64,000 bases of DNA, taken from positions 31,558,001-31,622,000 of the forward strand of contig CAIIXF020000001.1 in NCBI GenBank assembly GCA_903813345.2, written 5' to 3'. A program made the translations under genes and the position numbers. Under the pieces are notes generated by a model that did not search any database, was not told where the DNA came from, and saw only the letters and a program-made list of their open reading frames with translations. The DNA is from Owenia fusiformis (Eukaryota). Positions 12,536-25,200 of the stretch are shown piece by piece; positions within the stretch are counted from its first letter, which is position 1; each line of letters begins with the position of its first letter.

Positions 12536-15504
12536 TTAATATAAGTTAAACATTATTGGATGTTTTCTAATATGTCATTAGCCTATCTTATCATATTTTT
12601 TATTGACACATTCTTTTTCACCATTGAATAAAATGACCCATATAAGTCTTTGGAAAATTCTTTAAATACCTCAATGAAGGGTGCTATACTGCTGATAGTG
12701 TTTTATACAATATTTATTTGATACATCTACAATAGTGTTTATATATCTTGACATACCGGACTGCCAGAAGATACTGTATAACTACTGACACACTCACCAA
12801 AAGCATCACCAATGTATATGTATTTCATCATTTTTTAGATTATTTACTTGTGTAATGCATGCTATTTATATGTGAGATATGATCTCATATACATGTAGAA
12901 AGAATATTCATCATGTTAAAATTATTAGAACATTCAAAAGGACAAGCACGTTAATCAAGAATTTTACATGAAGGACATCTTCTTATATTTCTAATCAAAA
13001 ATATGCATTTCAAAATCAGCATTTATATGGTACAGGGATGCACAATTCTAAACATTCTTCAGTCAAATTCTATTATCCATTTACAACACTGCGATGGTAA
13101 GTATATAGTTATGAACAGTGCTGATGTTGGTCTCAGAGTATTGAATATGAATACTGAATAAGCCAGGATTAGGTTAAATACAAGCAAGAACTGATAGAAA
13201 GACTTTGTACAGTTGCAGGGCTGTAGCCAGTAAAAAAAAGCCCTAAACAAAAAATGGACAAAAAATGATTCCAAATTTTTCTAATTTTCATTGGGACATA
13301 AATCCTGGCTATTGTCATGTGACTAACATTAAAACACTACTGTACAGTAGACACATGTTGCAGAAAACCTAGCATTATGTTCTTGTAATAAATAAACCAT
13401 GTGCAGGTAAACCACCTCAACTATTGTACATAGCTATATTATCCGGGTATGTTATGTACTACTCAGCCTGTGTAAACCATGCATTTATATTATACTCAGG
13501 GGTCTTCATATATGAATGGAACCCATTAATTGGTATAGTTATAGAAGAATCCATGGCATTTTGTAAACAAGACCATGACATTGGGAGGGACGGTGATAAG
13601 AATACCACTATATCCAGATTTCTTGGACTGACCCCTTACAGGTAGACTATTGGGAGTCTGGAAATGGACCAAAAGGGGAAAACCATGTACAATAATCCAG
13701 TTGAATTATTAATGTATGTGAAGGCCCCTACAATAGAATGAGTCCTATGAGAATTTAAGTATGTATGTTTATGTAGTAAAATGATTATAGAGAGCACTTA
13801 GCTTTGGATTAGGCTTTAAGAGGCACTATAGATGGCACTACTGTATAGCAAACAGAATTGAGGCAACAACATTTTAGAGTCAAGGGACAAATTATAAAAA
13901 ATTATTAATGTTCTATTTTGTAATATCATAATCAGTGAATACACCAATAGGTCCCTACATGAGTTGATTTCTTCAGTTAAAATCATTAAAGAATGTTATC
14001 TCAGTATTTAAAATGAATTATGGATTTTTTATGGATTAAGAAGTCTCCAAATGTTTGCCTTTTTAGAACCAATTAATACAAATGGAAAAAATGGGATGGT
14101 CACATAATTATCTAAAAAAATCTCTTTTTGTAGTTCTTCATTTCATTAATATTATAAAGAAAGTCAAACTAAGGATGGCGAATAATCGTGTTCTAGTAAT
14201 GTTTTGAGAATCATTCCTAATACTGCAAGTCTTCCTTTTGCTATGCTTCAAATTTTTGATGTCACTGTTCAAGTAATACCTAACATGTATTGTATTTATG
14301 ATATAAAGTCCAATAAAAGAGTATTATCTTACCTTAGGGAAAATGCTATTTACTAATTGACTCTGCAATGTTGTTTTCTCTCTGACTGTTTGACAAATTA
14401 GTTTATAATTATAAACAGAGTGAATATATTATGTAACTATAATGTAAAATACTAACACACTGTTCTGCTCAGAATGCATTTAAAATATTGTATAGTTATC
14501 ATAATATCTGAGCAGACAGTTTCTGTATGTACGGAAATGTACGCTTTAAGTGTATAAAATATACCATATATCATTTTGTATGTAAATGCAGTAATTATTT
14601 TACATGAATAAAAAAATCTGATTTTGATTTTGTGCTAGGGCTTAAGTTAAAAGGAAAATTACTTTGAGAAACATTAAAAATATCTTTGTACAATCCAAAT
14701 TTTTTTGTATTTGATTATAGATACTTCAATATTATTGTAAATTCAATATAATAAATAAATGAAATGAAAAATGAAGTCCAAATTGCAATGGTTTGAAGGG
14801 TAAACTGCTTTGTAATCTATTTTATATAAAAATAAATATTTAAGAGATATCTGATGTCGCTGTTTTTGTTTTTTATTTCTATGAAAGATCACAATTGTTA
14901 AAATCTAGTAACACTATATACAAGTAAAATACTGGATGACATGTTCTCTGTTAAAACATGGAATAAATATCCAGAAGGAATATAGGGATACATTGTTTTA
15001 TTCATTGACTGAGATTTCCTGTGATCTGATTGGCTCATATGGCATAAATATACCGATATTTCCATTTATGAAATAGAATCCATATTACACCATGATGTCA
15101 CTTTATCACATGATTTGGTATGATGTTGGTTATATTTATCATTGCCATTCGGTTCAGTAGGGTTTTTCGGGCCTTATTATAGATTGCACTTCAGTCTTCA
15201 TAACAGAAGTATGGCTATAATTTGTAGTGTTTCACTTTTACTTTGTATTCTTAGGGGATATTTTATCATTGCAATTGATGAACATGGAAATGTGATAAAT
15301 GATAATTATTGAATATTTATAAAATATCACTAGAAATTGACCCACTTCTCAAAGTCGGTCTGGTATCTCTGGTTGGCACATGAACCATTTTGGACTCCAT
15401 TCTTGGTTATCTTATGGCTCTATGACAAAAAATCATGGTTAACTAACAGGACTAACTGAACCATGACTGACCCTACAAAATTCATTGAATAACTCATAAT
15501 ATTG

Positions 15505-15720
15505 TTATTGTTTATATTGGCAAGTTTCTATGTGGATTATTGTTTATATTGGCAAGTGTCTATGGATTATTGTTTGGTTTGGCAAGTGTCTGTGGATTAT
15601 TGTTTGCTTTGGCAAGTGTCCGTGTCATTTATTATTTATACTGGCAAGTGTCTGTGTGGATTATTGTAAATACTGACATATGTCTTTGTGGATTATTGTT
15701 TAAATTGGCCTATTTATTGT
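15505..15720. repeat. ~30 bp minisatellite (ggattattgtttatattggcaagtgtctgt-like), about 6-7 copies
   Basis: Direct tandem repetition; explains the repetitive spurious ORF 15540-15737. Confidence 0.8.
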
Positions 15721-16243
15721 TGACTTGTTTGAAATAGTTAATGTTGTTTATGCTTCAGAATGCCCAAGAATGACTGATGATTGAGTAATCTAAAGTTCAG
15801 CATTTTTTATATATGTCTATTGTTTATTATGACTACATGTAAGTCTTCAGTTATGTATGGTTCTGAAGACTAAGGTCTGAGTTTTTTATGGTTCTTTATG
15901 ATTTTAGTCTGAAATCAGTATTGGTTGGTCCATTTTTATTTTTTATTTATTTTTTTCATCATCATCAAAAGAGCAAATACAGTTGGTATGTCTTATATAT
16001 CAATGGAACAATTTATATCTATACAACAGCAAACAGAAAACATGTTTCAACAGTCTATAAGAATCGGCAATTTGTAAATAGTAATTAGGCCTGTTGTAAC
16101 CTTGTGTCTCCTCAAAGTTCATGTACATAAAGATTAGCTGCATTCCCTTTAACAAATCTTTACAAATTGCCAAGTATATTCCAGTTGTTAAGACGCTATG
16201 AACTCCTTAGCTAACACTTGCCTTCATGGCCTTATTGTTTGTA

Positions 16244-19200
16244 TCACCTAAATGTGTCTTTGGCTTTCATTGGTCGTCCTCTAAATGGATCGGTCCAACG
16301 TCTTTCCCTCTTCGGTCCTGGTCGATTTGTCTTTTTATCTGTTTGTACATATTCTTCTGGCCTGAAATGAAACATCATTATTTGGTATTTCTTATCAAAG
16401 TTGTGCTTTGGATTATTCAATACTGTATATTACTCAAGGGGCAAGGAGGAAAATTCTCAATAAATGGTGTATAGTTGGTTTGGCAGCATTTTCAGTTAGG
16501 GGAGAGTCTTGGATGAAACTTCCACCTAGGTGATAGCTTCACAGAGTGGTAGGAAGTTCTTTTTTTTGAGGAGTTAGCCCCCCACCCCCCAAAAACACCC
16601 CACCGGGGGAAAAAAATTGTTCACAGTAAATAACCTTAGATATTTTGATGTTTGTAAGTGACATACATAGATATTATATATATGAATCATTTGCAGTATA
16701 ATTGATGCTGATTGCTCCTAAGGAAATTGAATATTAGTACAAAGTGTGTACCCCAGGGGCCAAATTCGTGACTCATTTTCTTACTATTTTGATCCTAACT
16801 TTTCAATTAGACACTGTAAGAGGTTGAAAAAATTCATGGGAAGTGCCCAATAGCAGGGTTAGTAAACCTGAAAGATGCAAAGCCATTGAAAAGGTAGGAG
16901 CTGAGAAAAAAATTGTTGATTTTTCGAAAAATTTGACATTTTTGACAGTTGGATTTTGTGTATGACTATAGCTGACCCCTATAGTTTCTAGATCCATCCC
17001 TCTATAATGATATTTATGGTTTTATAGTGTGGAACTAAGATGTAAAACATAATTAAGATTTGTTTTAAGGAAGTTGAAGGTTTTAAACAAGTCCAAAATT
17101 TGAAAAATTGTAATATAAGGTTTCAAATTTACATATTCCAGGTATAGCCATGGCTGACCCCTATAGTTTCTAGATCCATCCATCTATGATGATATTTATG
17201 GTTTTGCCATGTGGAACTAATATGTAAAACACAATTTAGATGGGTTTTGAGAAAGTTTAAGGTTTTAAACAAGTCCAAAATTTGAAAAATTGTGAATATA
17301 AGGTTTTAAATTTACGAATTTCAGGTATAGCCACGGCTGACCCTTATGGTTTTTACATCCATACCTCTATGATTAAATATACAGTTTTAGAGTGTTGGAC
17401 TAAGATTTAACATATCCAAAATGAATTTTAAGGAAGTTTAAGGTTTTAAACAAGTCCGAAATTTGAAGAATTTCAGGTATAGCCAAAGATGACCCTTATG
17501 GTTTTGACATCTATACCTCAGGGATGAAATATATAGTTTTAAGAGTATTTAACTAAAATGTAAAAGATACCTTAGATGAGTTTGAAGGAAGTTCAAGGTT
17601 TTAAACAAGTGCAAAATTTGAAAAACTGATCTTAAAATTGGTCTCGAAATTCACGTTATTCAGGTACAGCCTTGAATGAGCCCTGAATTGAAGAATTGAA
17701 GGTTATGAGCATAATAGTATCAACTATGATATCATAGCTTAGAGACCAGGTGTAGAATATATACCTGTTGCAGCAGTTAGTCTGCTGCATATAGATGGAG
17801 TGAAAAGTCGTGAACTACAGTAAAATCTCTCTAATCTGAATGCTACTGGTATTTGGACCAGCTAAAAGCATTCTAATTACATGAATTAGGAGTGTTTGAA
17901 TTTTGAGGTTTTTACATCTACAATACAAGTACGGATTTTGAAGAAATATGAATGCATTCTCAATGAAAAATATTAATAATATTTATACTGACCACATAAA
18001 AAGCTTAATAGCATTCCAAAATCCAATTCAAAAGTTTTGATATCATAACAATTCAGTGTTAAACTGACAATATTTGAGCAATTTTGTAAGAAATATGTGA
18101 TATTTGGTAAAATATGAGTGTTCACTGTTCGAAGTAAGAGGTATTCAGATTTCAACTTTTTAAACATAGGAGTCAATGGGAGGAAAGATTGGACTGGGAA
18201 AAGTGTTCAGATTGGTTGGTGTTCAGATTAGGTGTTGGGATGATTGGTAGGTATTCACAATAGTCAGATGTTGGGATATACAGGTTTCACTGTTGATATA
18301 TCATTTATACAAGATGATGAACTAGAACTACTGTACTAGGTGCATTTGATAATTTTTACCACAATGTTAATACTATGTCAGGAAAAGAAAGCACCCATGA
18401 CACTTTGCTTGTACAACTTGAAAATCAACAACACTTTAAGATTTGGTAAAGGTGTCTACCAAATGAGTAATCCACATTAATTCAAATACAAGCACTTGGC
18501 ATGCTATTCCCTATGATGCTATTTATAGATTTTTAGTCAATGTTATTGATCAGCTTATTGGTTTCATTACTTTCTCTAGAATCTAAAATTGACCTTGGGT
18601 TTATGAGAGTAGTAAATTGGAATGCAGTTATATGGAGTATTGAATTGGCTGGAATTGGACACACGTTGCCTAGCTATGTGTGAGTAAACTATGATAAAAC
18701 TTTCGTGATCGATGCAATGGCTATGACAAAAGGAAAATTAAGATTAACTTATATGTTGAAATTTGGAGAGTTTTGGAAAGCTATATTTGACTACTCCATC
18801 AAATCTAGTAAAGGAGCCCAAAGAATAGATTTCATATGAGACTCATAGTAGTCTCCATCAGTAAAGGATTCTGAAAGCTTCCCCTACTGAACTTTAATCC
18901 AAAGAAGAAATTACACAATTACCTAAAAACATGAATACCTTTTGGCCAAGTCATATAATACAAATTTTCAAAGATTACAAAGAAATTTAATAAAGCAGCA
19001 TTCTAAAACTGTGCCAAATGTCAAGATTGTTTTTAGTGGAACTATTGGAGAGAACTCAAATATCTGTGAAAATGATAACTGAAATCCCCTGTTAAATTCC
19101 ACTCTTGAAGAGGCTGATTTTAAACTTATTCACTCTGTTTAACATTCAGCAGGAGAACATGTGGGACTGCAGTAATTTGCATCAAATGACACTGATTTTC

Positions 19201-22200
19201 TAATTTTATGAATATCATTTCAAGAAATGTAAAAAATTCTTCAACTGCTAGAAAATGTCATCTGCAAAGTCAGTATGTAAACATTTTCTACAATGTCTGT
19301 TTGTTTGAAACATATTGATCATATATATCACCATATATACTTTTTTGATCTACTTGAAGATTTTAGTGTGACGAGACCCTTTAATCCTTGAGTTCCTAAT
19401 CTCATTGCACTAACAGGAGTTTCTAGGCCCAGCAGGGTATGATCCTTATAATCCTTATTTTCCCAAATAATTACTGTTGCCTGATGACAAGTTGTTTTAT
19501 TGGGAGTGTAGTGATTATAATTTGATAATTTAGAATAATATTTTGTATTAGGAGATTATCATTGCTTAATTACAGTATGGGCATAACAAAATATAGAGAA
19601 ATCATGTTTCTTTTAATTAACCATGTCTTTATGTATTTTGACAATGTAGAACATTACATCGAACATGTTGATGTGAAAAAGTAAAAATGCTATATCACAT
19701 AATAAATATCATCAAATAATAATTAATTAGTTATAATCCATTTAATCAATCAATTACTATACTGTATACGATCCCTAAGAGCAGTTACACTTTAGGGGGG
19801 GGGGGGGATTTATTAACCGCTCACCCCTTTAGGAACTCTAGGGTAAGGTCCTCAACTCTAATGATTTTTCTTTTAACAATACTTGTATATTGGATCAAAC
19901 CTGACCACAATATTTTCAACATCTAATTTCTAAGCTAAAAAGTCATAAATTCAAAAAGAGAGACATCCAAGGCAATACCTGAAATCATAAAGGAGGACTG
20001 AAAGTATCGCAACAGATTTAGGACAGTCACATGTTGGATTTTTGCTATTTTCTGAGGATTTGAGGAGGTGCACATGTTAGGCCAATGCATTTCCTCCAGG
20101 AAAAGCACTCATAGAGATGATAAAATAATTTCTATTTGAGACAGGGTGCAAACAACCCACCCACATGCATCAATATGTTGTGTTTTGACACACAGTTAAC
20201 CCCTTTAAAGAAATAATGCATTCCATCAGGGGTTTAAAAGATATCAAATATGGGTGACCAAAATTAATCTGAAAGTAATGGAGCACATGAGTTTTCCCTA
20301 TGGGAAAATAACAGGAAAATATTGTTTTCTGCTTTATCTAAAAGAAATTTATTATTCCTTTTTATGGGTTAACTATGTCTCAAAACGCAACATATTGATG
20401 CAACAAAAATTGAAAAAGCAGGGTTAAAGGGCTTGAAAATCAGGACAACATTTCCGAAAAAACATGTGGGTGGATTGTTTGCACCTTCGCTGTCTCAAAG
20501 TCCAAACTATTTTATCATCTCTAAGAGATCTTTTCCCGTGGGAAATGCAATGGCCTATCATATGCACCTGCTTAAATCCTCAGGAAACAGACAAAATCTA
20601 ACATATGACTGTCTGAAATATGTTGCGATACTTTCCGTTCTCCTTTGAGACCTGATATTTCTCAATTTTTCAAACATTGCACTTGTTAAAATTCTTAAAC
20701 TTCCTTAAAATTCATCTTCGGTATGTTTTACCTCTTAGTTTCACAAATATATGTTTCATCATAGAGGTATGGATGATTTTGGACTTGTTTAAAATCTTTA
20801 ATTTCCTTAAAACCCATCTAAATTATGTTCTACATCTTCAGTTCCATACTACAAAACCATAAATATCACCAAAGAGTTTTACATCTTAGTTCCACACTAT
20901 AAAGCCATAAATATCATCATAGAGGGATGGATCTAGAACCTATAGGGGTCAGCCATGGTTATACCTGGAATTCGTAAATTTGAAACCTTATATTTACAAT
21001 TTTTCAAATTTTGGACTTGTTTAAAGGGTGACGCATATCGTTTAGCAAATCGAACGCTCGTTTCTGGTGTTGCTCACCGTTTAGTATAAAAGGCCCGATC
21101 CCGGAATAATACTCAAGGGTATACAGGTTCGAGGTCGTTGTGTCAACACCTCTAACTGTTATTTAGCATAAGTATATTATAGATCGTCACACATTTATAA
21201 AAGGGTGATTTTTATTTTGACAAATCAATTCCACATTTATGGGTGAAGTTTCAGGATCTTCTATTTGTGTATAATAAGGAAAAATTGGCATCTAAATTTC
21301 CCCATAACGTAATAGCACACAGCTTGGCATATGAAATATCCTACAAATGAAACAAAGCAGTTCTAATACAAGGATTTATATTGGCTGTTGTACATGTATT
21401 CTTTGAACGCAATCACTCTTTGGATAACGTTTTCAAAATCATTATAAACGGATTACTTTATCTCAAAGACAATTTCAATAAACTGGATTTTACAGAACTC
21501 CCCTTATTTCTTAAAAATGGACTGATCCAGTTGATTCGCCTGGAGCCGCCATATTGTTTTTATACGGGATGCTAATCGGAACCCTTTAAAACCTTTAACT
21601 TCCTTAAAACCCATCTAAATTATGTTTAACATCTTAGTTCCACACTATAAAACCATAAATATCATCATAGAGGGATTGATCTAGAAACTATAGGGGTCAG
21701 CCATGGCTATACCTGTAATTCGTAAATTTGAAACCTTATATTTACAATTTTTCAAATTTTGGACTTGTTTAAAACCTTTAACTTCCTTAAAACCATAAAT
21801 ATCATTATAGAGGGATGGATCTAGAAATTATAAGGACCAGCTATATTCATACACAAAATCCAGCTGTCAAAAATGTCAAATTTTTCGAAAAATCAACAAT
21901 TTTTTTCTCAGCTCCTACCTCTTCCATGGCTTTGCATCTTTCAGGGTTACTAACCCTGCTATTGGGCACTTCACATGAATTTTTCCAACCTCTTACAGTG
22001 TCTAATTGAAAAGTTAGAATCAAAATATTAAGAAAATGAGTCACGAATTTGCCCCCTGGGGTACATACTTTGTACTAATTTTCAAATTCTTTAGGAGTTA
22101 TCAGCATCAATTATACTGCAAGTGATTCATATATATAATATCTATGTATATTACTTACAAACATCAAAATATCTAAGGTTATTTAGTGTGAACAATTTTT

Positions 22201-25200
22201 CCCCAGGGTGGGGTGTTTTTTGGGGGTGGGGGGCTAACTCCTCAAAAAAAAAGAACTTCCTACCACTCTGTGAAGCTATCACCTAGGTGGAAGTTTCATC
22301 CAAGACTCTCCCCTAACTGAAAATGCTGCCAAACCAACTATACACCATTTATTGAGAATTTTCCTCCCCGCCCCTAGAGTATATATAAAATTGGCAGAAT
22401 GTGCAGAAATGGTGTTAATAAATGTGCAAGTAGAGACTGTGCCTAAATCTAGGAGCACATACTACATCATCAATAGTTTTTCCATTATAAATTGAAAATT
22501 CCTTCTGATTGCTCTATTATTTAGAACCCTTTGAAACATTTCAAGTTAATCTATTATTTATATTAAAATCTCAAAAGGACTATAATGCGAAATCAATGGA
22601 GAAAATGAGAAAATATGTTTACTACTCTAAGGCTTAATATGAAAACCTAGAAAGGCAAGTACATGTGCAACATCATGTGGCATGTTTCTAAATCTGCACT
22701 ATGAATATTAAGATTACCATTCAATTAGCCTAGGGAAGTTTTCTCTTTCTTCCATTGTATACTCCTCTAATGATTTAGGTATTGGGAACACTTGGGGGAT
22801 CTGGCCGCTAACGTTCTTCAGAATCTCTTCAGGGACATCCTGCACAAAAGAGTGGAAGATTAAAGTGACAGCAAAGAAGAGATAATAAAATGATGCAAAC
22901 AATTCTTCCCTTACAAACCTAATATATTTCGTTGAATAAAATTGAGATATTTGGTCTAATTTGGGAATTGTTGAAAATTTGTTGCAGAAATGTCAATATT
23001 CACTAGAATTGATACGGGGATCAACTAAAATTACTACGAAAGTCTAGTCTAGTCTGCCTGTCATAGCATTTTATGTGGTTAATTTTACAATGACCAACTG
23101 AAAACTCAACTGATACTACAACTCATTGTGCTATTTTGGTCAGCTTGTCTCCAATTTCTAGAATAAGAGCATTATAATAGAGGGAATACTATATCTGTAT
23201 ATAACTCTTTTTTTTAAAAAGCCCATACAAGAAAATTATTGTATTTTCAAAAAATGAAAACATATTCATTAGAGATTCGCCAAGGATATGTTAACCAGGG
23301 GAAAAGGGTTAACTACCATGTAATACCATCATGAGTAAATTGTCCAAGGGATCCACATAAATATCTAAAACGAATATAGGATTATATAACAGTACATCTA
23401 CAAACCTCTTCTGGAAAACAATGGAGTCGCTCCATGACTTTTGGTCTGTCAAGATTGCCTTTTAACCAACCTCTCACTGCCAGTCTCATGATCTAAGAAT
23501 CAAAAGTAAAATTATTACAGATTTTCAATCACATACATGAACTCAGGTGTGTTTTTGTAAAAATGTAGGAGGTGGGTTATTCATCAATGTGTCATTTAAG
23601 CTAAAAAACATTGGAATTTACATGGGAATTTAAATCGGTTGTCATTTCAATATTCACGATCAACAATAGGAGGCGGGAAGGAGGTTTTAAATCAATTGTA
23701 AGCAATTTGAAGTACTGAACAGAATGAAATGCTGTGAATTATGTCATTGATTGAGTGATAAAAATTATGTAAACAATATTGATGAATCATGTACTTTAAT
23801 AAATGTTTTCATGATGGATATAAGATATCTAATGAAAAAAACATAAACGAGCAAACAAAAAAATAAACAAACAAACCCGAGTAGGATCTGCTTCATGGAC
23901 CTCCCAAGCTCTAGTTTTAGAAAACCCTTTAGGATATCTGCAATATAATGATATGCATTTTGCAATATTCATACCATATAATAGAATACATACAAAGCTA
24001 ACTCTAATCTCTAGCAGGTAGGCTAGCAATAAATCCCTTACAAATTATTAAAATGTTATAACACTATGACCTTCTTACATACTACTTTGAAGGTCTCATT
24101 CTTTAATATTGTGAATCAAAAATATTTCAAAAATAAAACTTGAAATTTTAGCTAACCTCAAAACATAAGGGTAGTATATGACTAATGGTACTTACCCTGT
24201 GTGGTGAAAATATGTGAATGTCCTCCAGTAGTCATTCTTCATTGCAATATGTTTGGTATTTATGACAACAATGTGGTCCCCAACATCACCTAGGAATTAT
24301 TACAGTATAACAGAATATGGTAAAAAGGCTATCAAATTATAACTGTCTCATCATAATTTTCAACTTAAATAGACTAAATGCGAGTAGAAATAATCTTGAT
24401 TTACGTAATTTAATATTAAAAATTCAGTCAAAGTGATGTCATATTTGAAATCTACATGTAAAAGTACATTTAGAAATATAGTTTCGTAAATTGTTTATCA
24501 ACTTTGAAAATATAATTTTTTTGAAAATGTGATATCTAGTTCGGGTTGATTCCCCATAGACACCATGTTAAAAATCACAAAAAGTGAAATATCTTTTCTT
24601 GTATTGGACAGATAACATTTTCTTTTACTGGACATATTTTAATTTGCATAACTATTAGATACATAAAGGTTATATGGAAACTGAACCACTAAAACAGATG
24701 TAATTTAAGTTAAAGCGAACTTTCTACTATACCCGCCATGCTATCTGACCCGAACGAGCCACCTGGTGGTGAAACTGGTAACTACCTACTCGCATCTGCG
24801 TTATTGTAAAAATCATGCTAATGGCGTAATTGTTGGATCTTGGTTATGTGTGTGCTACTGAGGCATATACCACGTGACACAAAAAATGACACCCACCCAC
24901 ATAATGTTTCAGAACTTTTTTGTCTGAAGAAATTCTAATTTGTTTTTTTCGCACATTTAAATTACACTCCATTTTGAAACTCCACAAGAAGTTTCAGATG
25001 ACTTGCTCACCTAGATGCACATTTATGAGCGTTACAAAATGTGTCGTCTATTCCTTTGCTGGCACGACTGGATCTTACACAAAAAATGACACCCACATTT
25101 TGCAACATAATTTTGGAAATAAGTTATAATGATTTATCAATGACAACTAGATTATTTTGTGTTTAATTGAATGGGCTTCATTTCCCTGAAAGTACAAACC

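Larger units (their letters stand above)
16433..22379. mobile_element. Foldback-type DNA transposon with long modular terminal inverted repeats, TA-flanked, in MRPL13 last intron
   Basis: ta|ctcaaggggcaaggaggaaaattctcaataaatgg... at 16433 is the near reverse complement of ...ccatttattgagaattttcctccccgcccctagag|ta ending 22379. About 550 bp of near-identical outer IR, followed by ~180-bp tandem units in both arms (left ~16970-17640, right ~20660-21830). Confidence 0.88.

Noticed and set aside
16803..22044. Duplicated small genes (ORFs 16803-16997 and 21815-22009)
   Set aside because: Chance ORFs in the two arms of the foldback inverted repeat.
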